Assembly: GCA_051294375.1 (NCBI GenBank)
Contig: CM119270.1
Coordinates: 21,109,775 to 21,173,774 of the forward strand
Length of the DNA stretch: 64,000 nucleotides
Source of the DNA: Paraspadella gotoi
Lineage: Eukaryota; Animalia; Chaetognatha
Direction of reading: 5' to 3'
The notes under the pieces were generated by a model, which saw nothing but the letters and a program-made list of their open reading frames with translations, ran no database searches and was not told where the DNA came from. The number at the start of each line of letters is the position of its first letter. Positions within the stretch are counted from its first letter, which is position 1. The translations under genes and the position numbers were made by a program. Shown here one piece after another: positions 50,201 to 61,600 of the stretch.

Positions 50201-51702
50201 ACAAATTTTATTCCAATACAGAGCAAGCTCACTTACGGGAAAAGATAAAATTTTGCCCTACAAAAAATATTTTTGATCGTAATTGTTATAGATGAATCGG
50301 GGTCGCTTAAGTTTGCGTGTAGCCTTGTACTCTTGCCAATATCAATTTCCTTTGAATACAAAGGGTCACTAAAAACTTTTCTCTTCATTTTTTAAATTAA
50401 ATCGCGGACGCTAAAGGTTCCGTCTCGTTTTCAACTAACATAATCGATAAAATAGAAAAAAAATTTTAACTTCAATATGCAAATGAGATTAAAAAATATT
50501 TTCGTCTCCATCAGGTCTCTACGAGCAGCAATTACTACCAACTCCATTTCGGCATCGACGATGACGACGACGACGACGTCGCCAAACCTCCTCGCCCAAC
50601 GTCTTCGAAATCCACGTGCGACTGTCACTCAACGCCCCCTCCGACTCGAACGCCCGAAAAACTCCAACGCCACCACCAGCGCCACCTGCAGCGACATCTG
50701 CACCGGGCGCCGCAAAGGCCGGTGTCCAAAGAGACGCCGTCCTCGTCAGGCGCGTCCCTCGTCAAAGACGGCGCCGTCTCGCCGACGCTGGCGGCGACGC
50801 TGCCGACGTTAGCTCTGCCGGAGTTCGGCGAGATTCGCAAAGACTCGGAATTGTCGTCGTCGTCGGCGTCGTCGTCGGCGGCGTCGTCGTCGGCGGCGTC
50901 GTCGGCGGCGTCCTCGACGACGATCAACTTCGGGGACATCGGGACGTCGACGATGGAAGGAAGGTTGACGGAAGACTTGAAGGAGGAGGTGTTCCACCGA
51001 GGAGGAGGAGGAGGAGGAGGAGGAGGAGGAAGGGAGGATGAGAGGCCGAATTCTTTGGAAAGAAATTCCAACGAGACTTTCATCGTTTACGACGAAGACG
51101 AGACGCCGACGGGTTGTGAAGCGCCGGAGAAATTCTCGGCGCCTGAACGTTGCGTCACGCCGGTACCCTACGGCGCCGGGATGGCATTCACGGCGCCGGA
51201 TCTGCCGAATGGAATCGAAGATCGAGATTCGACGCCGGAAGAAATGACGCCGCCGCCGACGCAGCAGGGATTCATCGTCGCCGAACATTCGACGCCGTCG
51301 CCGCCGCCGAGAGCAGCGCCGCCGCCGCCGCCGATGAGGCTAAGCGACGCCGTCTGCCCGCTGCTGTCGCCGCTAGACGGCGCCGTCCCCGCGGCAGCAC
51401 CGGCGTCCCCTGCGTCGAAGCGGCGTCAATTTCCCGACGAAATCATCGCGGATTTGAGTCGAAATTCTAAATTTCTCACCAACGGAGTTCGTGACTTTGG
51501 AGACGATAACGACGATCCATGGCGGTTGCTAAGAGACGCCTCTGTTGCTAAGGAGACGCGACGACTTTACGATGACGACGACGACGCGCGCGTCCAAGCG
51601 TTGGCGCTGAGGAGAGTCGAGGTGGCGCCACGAGCGCCGGAAGTCAGGACGGAGTTTCCGCCGACACCGGGAGAAGATATTTTGCACATGATCAAACTCT
51701 GA
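47274..51702 (+). CDS. Three-exon gene (47274-47733, 48801-50014, 50515-51702), 953-aa multi-pass membrane protein with a long disordered C-terminus
   Basis: Donor G|GTAAGT with acceptor aattAG|GA (phase 1) and donor CAG|GTGAAT with acceptor catcAG|GTC (phase 0). The exons total 2862 nt in frame. About 5 hydrophobic segments and a Cys/Thr-rich loop. Confidence 0.8.
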
Positions 51703-51711
51703 ATTGGTAGA

Positions 51712-51774
<63 letters not shown>

Positions 51775-52608
51775 ATCTTTTTCAAGTGTTTGCTTTACTT
51801 GATTCGCTTTAATCCAATTTAAATATTTTTTCTTCGAATTTTCTTCTTCGAAAATCGAAGTGAGAAAAAAAAAACCGCAAAAAATTTTTCCCCCTTTCTC
51901 TCCTTAATTATATTCATTGTAAAATTGAATTTCATGACCAACTTTACTTTTTTTTTGTTCGCAGAGGTGAAGTCTGAAGATGTCACAGTCTGATTTTTTT
52001 TTGTCTATTACAAAAATGTATTATTCTTCTGTTTTTCGTTTCTTTATGATTTTTAAGTTCATTGCGTTGTTTTTATAAATATAAAATAAAATACGAAAGT
52101 TTTTTACAATGTTTAACTGTTTGAGAGAGATTCTAGGTTATAGACCCCGAAATTCTTTGGGATTAAATTCAATGGAAAAATTTATATCCAAATAATTCAA
52201 GGCTGTCAATATTTATAGGACAAGAGAAATATATAGTAAAAGATTTATCCGAGTATTATTACAAAATGCAAATTAGATTCTGAGAAATAGATTAAGAATT
52301 TAGATGCATTGATAAATAATTTTTTTCTCTGACAGTTTATTCTTAAACTAAATTAAAGCTAATTAATATATTTCTTTTTCAAAAACTAACTCAATTAAAA
52401 AATCGAACAAGAACGCGATTTTATGACAATCAAAACGAATTTGAATTAACTTCTTCATGATGCACATTTTTTTTTCAAATAAATAAACTAGATTAACCGT
52501 TAATTTCAAAAGCGCAAATTAATTTTTATTTCTACGGAGAAAAAATGACAAAAAAAATCACTTCTACATCAAAAACAAAAAAATAAATGAAACAAAATAT
52601 GAAGCGCG

Positions 52609-52666
<58 letters not shown>

Positions 52667-52906
52667 ATGGAGGAAGAATAGAAATAATTAAAAGAAAAGA
52701 ATGTTTTGTTTTTCTAAATTAAGAAGAAACAAACAAACAAAAGAGAAAGAGTGAGAGTAGAGAGAGAGAGAGAATGGAGGAAGAATAGAAATAATTAAAA
52801 GAAAAGAATGTTTTGTTTTTCTAAATTAAGACGAAAACAAACAAACAAAAAGAGAAAGAGAGATAGAGAGAGAGAGATTGATTGAGTGGGAGAGAGAGAG
52901 AGAGAT

Positions 52907-55900
52907 TCATTTATAAGTCGTCGTCTTGAGGCATTTGTCCACAATGACTGGCAGAGTGATGTCATCCAAATCCGATGCTTGAATCTCCAAATTTCCTGTC
53001 GTAAATGAAAAAGAAAAATAAATTCGGATGAAAGTGAATAAATAAATAAATAAATGTAAAATATATTTAAAAACATCGAGGGCAGGACTCCTACGGCGCC
53101 GCTACCCGTGTTTCTCTCTCACTCTCTCTCTTTTAAATTACTTTTTAAGCCTTTTTTTAAATACTTTTCGGGAATTTTTATTTTTATTTTCGGTGTTTGA
53201 ATGGATTTTTTATTTGTAGGTCGTCGTGTTCAAACACTTGGAAATGACTTCAGGCAAAACCAGCTCTTCTAAGTCTGAAGCCTGAATCTCAAGGATGCCT
53301 AAAAGGGGTGTTTTTTTTGGGGAGGGGGTTTGTTGTTTTTTGTTTTTTGTTTTGTTTCGTGGGGAGGAAAACGGATGAAAAAAAAAACAAATTCGAGGTT
53401 TGGGAGAAAATGAAGGAAAAAAAAAAGAATGAAAAGTAAATTAGAATGAGATTGAACTTTAAGCGACGATTATGGATGCAAAATACGTAAACAAAAATAA
53501 AGATGAGCAAAGTTATGACTGTGAGAGGGCGTAGCAATCACTTGGGTGAAATAAATGAGCATCGGCAGGCAGGAGGAGTTCTTCACGATGATGAACGACT
53601 AAGAACTTGAATTCGGAAATCGCCAAGAAGGGTCCTCAGGAAACAAAGGTTTTCCGGCACTATTTTTCAAAAACGCCCTTTACCAAGTTAATTAATTAAG
53701 ACCCGTACTCTTTGTAATCTTAAACTTTATCTCCTGACCATAAACCTTAATCCCTAATCCGAAACTATATTCATAACTTTATTCATTAATCTACAACGTA
53801 ACTTTTATATTTTACCCAAACTTTTAAATAAACTATTGATTTATCTCTCAATTGAGACTGAATTCGGGGGCTTTTGGAAAATACGGCCGGTTTTCAGGCA
53901 TTCAAAAACAGAAGATCTTTTTTTCGTCTTTGGAAGAAAGAAATTAACCTTGAGGATAGCAACATATTAAATAACGACAGTGAAGAAACAAAAAAGTAGC
54001 GTGCCCGAACTGAAACGTTAATCTACAAAGATGTCGCTAATGTACAGGTTTGACATAACAAAAGAGCAACTAATTCGACGACAGGGTCACAGAAGTTTAC
54101 TTTTTATAATTTGCATGTCATCTTTTTAAATATTTTTTTTCATATTTATTTATGTGGGATTCATTATTTTTTTCTTCTCGCAAGACAAATCGAGGCTTGT
54201 ATCAAATTTGTTTGAATTTTTGGTTATTTCCGCTTTTTTTGCTTTCTTTTGCTTTCTTTTGCTTTCTTTTGCTTTCTTTTGCTTTCTTTTGCTTTCTTTT
54301 GCTTTCTTTTGCTTTCTTTTGCTTTCTTTTGCTTTCTCTTCATCAAACCACGATCGTATTTTCAAAAAGAAATATTTTGTAAATATTTTTAGTTTCGTTA
54401 AAAAATGCTTTTTTTTTTTCTATGCGTTTATCTTTTTTATTATTTTTGTTTATTCTTTGTTAATATTTGTATTTATGTTTATATTTATATTTTCGCTTTT
54501 GTTTCTATTTATATTTTTTTTTCTTCTTTTGTTTTTCGCTCACCGACGAGTTTGTTTTTCAACGCGTCTTTGGACGACGCGTACAGCATTTTTTTCTTGA
54601 TGTTCGCTTCGTCCGGACAAAATACGATGAAAGTGAGTTTGTTGCGGTGTCCGCCTTCCGAAGTCACGTACCGAATGTCGTAGCAAGCGTAGCGACAATC
54701 GCGTTGCTCCTGTACCGACTGCAGGTAGCTGTAGGAGCGAAGGGAAGAGCAGTGATGAAAGGTTGTCATAAAGGTTATGACAGTGACAACAAAAGGAAGT
54801 GAAATACTTTGACCAAGAGGGTGGTTGTGAAAAAAAAAAATGAATTACTGTGCCATTTTCTCCTCCAAACCTCCAAAAGGGTGAGTAATCGGCTTGCGTG
54901 GTCGGGTCCACGCCGCAACCCGGATTCTCCAACACTTTGTCCACAACGATTTGCTTCAAGTTGTCGCTCAATTTGAAGATACAGTATTTGAACTTGCGCT
55001 TTTGTTTCATTTCCTCGTATCGATCGACGCATTCGTCCGCCACCTGGACTCCGGATTGCTGAAGAGGAAAACGGGAGAGTGGGAAACAAAAGGCAATCGG
55101 TTTGAAAGTTGATATTACAAGGTTTTTTTGTTTTTTTTTAATACAAAAATTTCAAACTCAAACAATAAAAAATTATTCGAGAATTGAGAAGAATTTTAAA
55201 AAAACTTCGCTTGAGATCACGTGACTTCAAGTTTCTTAAAAATCCTAATTAAAATCTAATTCAAGTTATAAATTATGATCTGAAGCGAAGGGATTGAGTT
55301 AAGACCTTGAGACCTTTAGTCCCTAGGTTAAGACCTTGAGACCCTAGGTTAAGACCTTTAGACCCTAGGTTCGTAAATTAAAAAAAATTGCACAATTGCT
55401 TGGTAGTTAAAGGCTGTCTGCTTGGATTACGGTACAAACGAATGTCAATATGACACTCAACTATAAACAATGACCTTGATAAGTGCAACAATTTACGTAA
55501 ATATTAATATTAATTCGACGGAGAAAAATCACAAATAATATGAGAAAGAAATAGTTTTCAGTGCTGATGAACGAGGATCTGTTTTTGCCGGCGAAATCAT
55601 TGCAGATCATTGCCGATCGTTGCAGCGCTTCTTCAACAAAAATTTTGAGCTCTACTGTTGGTGAATTGAGCTCAACTGTTTGTCAGTTTAGCCCAACTGA
55701 CGAATAATGAAAAATAAAGACTCTTTCTCGATTGCCAAGGCGTTGTTGAATAACATTAGGTTACATTATTTATTATCATTTCTCTTTAATCTTCCGTGAT
55801 ATAAATTTCAAAGTAAACAACGCTTCAAATTAACTGTGTTTGTCTGCGAGTTTACTAAAAGCACAATATTCCTTCAAGGTTCCTTCAAGATTCCTTCAAG

Positions 55901-56028
55901 GTTCCTTCAAAGTGTCTTCAAGGTTCCTTCAAGGTTCCTTCAAGGTTCCTTCAAGGTTCCTTTAAGGTAATTCAACCATAATTTATGTTAATTTATGATA
56001 ATTTCTCGAATTCCCCACCTACCGGCAT
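52907..56028 (-). CDS. ADF/cofilin family actin-depolymerising factor, 155 aa (exons 56028-56023, 55058-54871, 54728-54544, 52995-52907)
   Basis: MPQSGVQVADEC...KYCIFKLSD..QIVV...CRYACYD...KLTFIVFCPDEANIKKKMLYASSKDALKNKLVG..EIQASDLDDI. All junctions are GT-AG and in phase, total 468 nt. Confidence 0.95.
53210..53298 (-). CDS. Alternative (proximal) last exon of the ADF/cofilin gene
   Basis: ccccttttAG|GC then GILEIQASDLEELVLPEVISKCLNTTTYK-stop. 89 nt, same length and phase as the distal exon GNLEIQASDLDDITLPVIVDKCLKTTTYK-stop. Confidence 0.9.
53654..53890. mobile_element. MITE-like element in cofilin intron 3
   Basis: TIRs ccggcactatttttcaaaaacgccc / gggggcttttggaaaatacggccgg, TTTT on both flanks, internal taaccc-like repeats. 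Confidence 0.6.
54241..54336. repeat. 10-bp minisatellite (GCTTTCTTTT) x ~9.5
   Basis: Read directly. Confidence 0.95.
55869..55968. repeat. 11-bp minisatellite (CCTTCAAGGTT) x ~9 in cofilin intron 1
   Basis: Read directly. The unit contains the quasi-palindrome CCTT-C-AAGG. Confidence 0.9.
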
Positions 56029-56810
56029 TTTTGAGTTAGGAATTAAATTAGTTTCTTTTTTTTAAATTTTTCGTTTAATTTTTGTTTTGTTTGTTTATTT
56101 ATGTCACCGACAGGCGCGCGGAAATCGGATGAGGAAAAATAGAGGGAATTATCTGCGCGCGAGATGTAGAGAATCTGATTTTACAGTATTTTTTTTATTA
56201 TTATTAAATCGAGTAGAAAAAAAGTTTTCTTCTCTTGTTCTTCTTATGTTTTTTTTTTTTTTTTGCTGACCTCTCTTTCTCTTTTCTCTTCTCTCTTCTC
56301 CTCTATCTATCTCGCGATTTTCACCCGCGCGTGATCGAGACGCAGGGGAAAATAAAACTATTTTTAAATTCAAGGGTTTGATATAAGTTTGATAACAGTT
56401 AGTTGATACTTGATAGTTGATAGGGAAGCGAGGTACTTAATTGTGAGATTCATAACTAATGAGAATACTTTGTAAAAAATTCGAAGTACTTATAAGCAAA
56501 TGGCCTTCTTCTATAAAATGATACAATTAATAAGTAACCCTATGTATATTTATCAAACTATTCAATTCTATTAATTATTACTTTATCGAAATTGAAAATG
56601 AAACTTTATTTCCCCCTGAATTATCCCCCACCCCGCGTTTGAGCTTCGCTCCCGACGCTGTCGGCTTCCAAATTCTATTTTTAGATATTTTTTTTCGGCG
56701 AGATGATCGGCGATCCTCCTCCTCCTCCTCTTCCTCCTCCAGACATCATCGACGCTCCCTTCATCTCCGGATCTCTTCACGATTTTCAAGCTCGATCACT
56801 TTCACGTGAA

Positions 56811-56857
<47 letters not shown>

Positions 56858-57145
56858 TCTCTCACTCTCTACCCCTCCCTCTCTCTGGCCCTTTATCTTC
56901 TCTCCACGCTCATCGAGTATATCCTATGCTGGAAACCGGGCCGCGCTAAATCGATGACGTAGCTATGATTTTGCTGCTTTAGGGATTGGTTCTAACCATT
57001 CTAAAACAGTTGAGAGCAAAAAAATAAAGACAATTATGTAATCTGCTCGATCTTTTTTCCATTGAAGGATTTGAGTATCACCTTTCCAGATATTTGTAGG
57101 TTTCAACCCCTCTTTCTTCAATCTCTAATCATAAATAATAAAAGA

Positions 57146-57213
57146 GTTACCATCGGGATTCGATCCCGAGTTATTTGCGTCACTCTCACCGTCTTTACCA
57201 ATGTCGCCACGGC
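57146..57213 (-). pseudogene. tRNA-like sequence (SINE head or tRNA pseudogene)
   Basis: A-box-like TGGCGACATTGG and T-arm TCGGG-ATCGAAT-CCCGA. The anticodon arm does not pair. Confidence 0.5.
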
Positions 57214-58685
57214 GAAATTTTACAATAAAGATATTCCAACTTATTACTTATAATTTCTAGCATACTAGTAAAACAAATGAACACTGTTAATCAACTCCTA
57301 CAGGTTGAACTAGTAGTAGTATTGTGCTTACTAATAACAGTAACTTACCAAAGTCAATTCTTTACTTCTTCACAAAGACTCTCTATTGTTAACAACTGGT
57401 TAATCTATTTTGGTTCCATGTAGTTTATTGTCTTATATTATTGTTAATGAATTAATCTACCATTTTGTTGTTGCATATAGATATTGTAATTGCTTGATAG
57501 TAAAAGCAGTGAATATCTATATGCTTTGATTATTTTATTAAGGTCACCATTTTAAGTTGAACAAAATAAGACTTTGTTCCTGGAAACTTTTATCATAGCA
57601 ATTAAGCTATTATTAATGAACTCATCTGCAATGCCAGCTGGCGTGGCAAATTGACGCAACTCTTCAACGCCATCTTAGATGCCTATAAGTCAATTCGCCA
57701 CATATTACTTCATTAATTGGAGTTTCAGGGGTTTCAGACAAAAGTGACTGGGTTTTAGATCTTAGGTCTTAGATATTAAGTCAGCAGGTAACAAATGATT
57801 GCGCGATTTTCATCCTTCTTGCATGACATTGGTACAATGGTACAATGGCACATTGGCATAATGATACAATGGTTCTCTCGACAATTTATAACCCGAATGC
57901 GTTTTGATCAAAGAAGTGTTTGGATTAGTTGAGGTGCTTGACAATATGTTAGCCAAACGCGATTGCCTCTGAAGAGAGACGTACCAATGCCTGCGCTATT
58001 ATTTCCTGGGTAAGTCGACCAAATGTATACAAAAAAGGAAAATCTTTCTGCAAAGGTTTTAAAAGTATTTCCTCTCGCTCTTCCTGATTCACTTCTTTTT
58101 TCTTCTTCTTCTTCCTGCCTTTTCTTCTTCCTCTTCCACCTTTTTCCTATTTTTCTTCCTCCCTTTTCTTCTTCCACTTCCTCCCTTTTCTTCTTCTTCT
58201 TCCTCCCTTTTCCTCTTCTTCTTCCTCTTTTTTCTTCTTTTTCTTTCTTCCTTTTCTTCTTCATTTTCCTTTTCTTTTTCTTATTCCTCTCTTTTTTCTT
58301 CTTCCTCCATTTATTCTTCTTCCTCCCTTTTCTTCTTACTCTTCCTTCCTTTTCTTCTTATTCTTGCTCCTTTTTCCTCTTCTTCTTCCTCCCTTTTCTT
58401 TTTCCTCTTCCTCCCTTTTCCTCTTCTTTTTCTTCCCTTTTCTTCTTCCTCTTCTTCCTTTTTCCTCTTCTTTTTCCTCCCTTTTCTTCTTCTTTTTCCT
58501 CCATTTCTTTTTCTCTTCCTCGCTTTTTCTCTTCTTCTTCTTCCCTTTTCTTCTCCCCTTCCTCCTTTTTCCTCTTCTTCTTCCTCCCTTTTCTCTTTCC
58601 TCTTCCTCATTTTTCCTCTCTGTTTTTCTTCCTCTTTCTCCTTTTTCCTTTTCCTCCTCAAACAAAAAAATAAAACACTTTAAAG

Positions 58686-61600
58686 ATGAAAGAATTATTT
58701 TTTGTGATTTTGAAGATCATTTTGAGCCTCACTGATGTCATCACTGATTTAAAAGTCACCACAAAATATCTTTATTCACAAATGAAGGAAATTGGAATCC
58801 TTTTAATGGTCATTTTAATTGGTCATTGTTTTATATCAGCAACATATGGAATATATACCATACATAAAAACCAGGAATATTTTTTTCGGATTTTAAAGGG
58901 AAAAATGTTCTAATTTTGTACAAGAACCATGATAATGGGGGCATTTAAGGATTTTAATATTTTTCTAGAACCACATCCTTATTGAGTTAAATTTTTAAGG
59001 TTATTTTCGGTTAGATTGTAATTCTAACTAATTTTTTTATAAATCAACAAAATCAAAAGAAAAAGTTTTAAAAGTACTTACAGCTCGAGAGCGGTTTTAG
59101 ATAGGAAATTATATCAGAAAACTAACATCTTTTATTTCTAGAACGATATCAAATAAGAACAACTTAATTTACTATTTTTCAATCACATCTTATTTTTTCG
59201 CGCCTTTTTCAATCACGATTTTTGCAATTTTTCAAAAAATAAAGATGAGCTAAATTTGTCCACTTTATGAAACCAGCTATAATGGCAGGAATGCGTTGTG
59301 ATAATTTAATCACGAGATACAAAATTAATAAGTGTTTTGCCTAATAATTAGAACATTTTCTTCAGAATTCTAAAGTGAAATGTCTTACAATATTATTCAA
59401 CCTTTTGGGTTTAGGATCATTTCCATTAATTATTGATCAGTATTTTGACAACCAAATATCAAAGAAAAAAAGAAATAAAATGCCAAATAAGTTGTTGAAA
59501 AAAACGTTTTTTATTACCAACATGGNNNNNNNNNNNNNNNNNNNNNNNNNATTTAATTCATAATTTTTTTGAAAGTTTTCCACACTGCACTGCGGAACGA
59601 TTGCAGGTTCAATTCTACTTGGACTGGAGCCTCAGACTCGCTTTGTATCGATGATACAACCCCAAAGTATAATTATATTACTTTTTAGTGGTCGAAAATC
59701 TACTCTATACAGAACGCAACCTGCTACAAATCTGTATGAGATGACAAATATCTCTTGCATGTGGCAGGGATGAGAATTCCTATGGTTCGCGACATGTTTT
59801 CTGTCTTGGCCAATTGATCATCAATATACTATGAATTTGTTTCAATTGCTTCTTCTACTTTTAGTTTGACTAGTTTGCCATAGATAATAGACACAGACTA
59901 TCTTTCAATCAAACAAATCTCAATTTATAAAAATTATTGATAACAGCTGGTTCATTTTTAGGTTTATTGCAGGGGCTGTTTGGAACTTTAATATCATTAT
60001 ATCTGGTATATATATACTCCCTAAACTTTTGCATATGGGTTCTTTTTTTGGCTCACTTTCACTGCTGAGGTTATTTACATTAGCTGAATTGATCTCTTTA
60101 GCAAAAAGAATTTTTTCATGCAATGCCAAAAATTTAAAAGTGATGGAAATATCTGAGTCATTTAACTTTATATTGCTCGCTTTTTCAATGTTATGGAGTA
60201 GCATTTTATTTTCATTCTTTTTTGCTATAAAAATCATGCACATTTTAGCAGGTAAATCGCATCAGGTTGTTCTGATCCTTTTGATCACAATTGAATGTAT
60301 ATTTCTAGTAATCCTTCAGTTAATCAGCTATTTGATGTATATTAAATAATGAATAAGAAATTGGTACAACCAATATAAAATTATCCATTCATTCAATAAA
60401 TAAAGCTACGTATATGGTGATCCTAAATTCGCCTCCCGTATAGCTTGGTGAAACTCCGCTCGTCCCGTTGGCTTTAGATAGCTTAGTACTTGTAAAAATG
60501 TTGTTTTTTTCCATGCCTCGAGGGTCGCCTGGTTTGATTAATCGGCCGTAGGTTGAACTGGATTTAACATGGAGCAAAAATTTTTAAATATCAAAAGTCA
60601 TAAATGTTTAATAAATGACGAATAAATCGTTAATAAATTTTTTTATTGTAGAGGTAAATAAATGGCAAAATTAGGTACTACAATAAAAACATGTAGAAAA
60701 TCCTTGGATTCCTTAAAAACAACAGTTTCCATCCAGCTGATCTTGTCCAGAGAACGAATTATGATCGAATAACAAGTTACGAGGTTTTTGGCCGAAAAAA
60801 AGCCACGGAGAAGCGACTAGAAGGTGACAAGACTGGTCTGAAAAAGTCAACTAAAGGACAAGGAAAAAATCACCAGACGCGGGTCACAAAATCTTTCAGA
60901 TCTCGTTCAACAACCGTGCGTTCCGGGTTCAATCCAACAGTCACTCTGAGCTTGGTCACCCAAGGTGCTGTCTTGAGGGCGGGCATGTGTGGCAATCCTA
61001 AATTCGCCTCCTGTATAGCTGTTGAAATTCACCTCGTCCCATTGGCTTGGACAGCTAAGTACTCGTTCACCAACTGTGAGTTCTGGGTTCCCCTCACGGT
61101 CATGCTGGTTAAATTAGATGGTGTCAGCATAAAAACGCCAGTGACATGGGTGTGGTCACAGCAGGTCCAAAGCCCAAAGCGCAATTGTCGGGAGATGCCT
61201 CACACCCGGGCATCACACATGTCTCCCGGCCATACTATCTTGCCTCTGATTTTAGACAGATCTTTGGTTTCTAAGGCCTCTATATGAATAATTTAAAATG
61301 AGTTTATTAATACATAATATACAGTTATATTACAGTATTATACACTGACTCAGCCTTCAAAGTCAGGGCAAGATAGCTTATTCTATAAATGAATGGATAA
61401 TTTTTTTTAATGGTTTTACCAATTTCATAAAATTAGCAGCTCCTTTATTTGATGCTGGACAGAGTTATAATATAGTATTCCCGAAGTCGCCTCCATTTTA
61501 AACATTCTTTGAAATATTATACCACTTCATTGATAGGAAGACCAGGTACTTCAAAGAAATGATATGAACGGAGATGTGAGAGAGTCTGATTGAAAGGCTT

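Noticed and set aside
52661-52860. ~107-bp tandem duplication downstream of cofilin
   Set aside because: It is bounded by GA tracts, so slippage or assembly stutter is likely, and it shows no functional signal.
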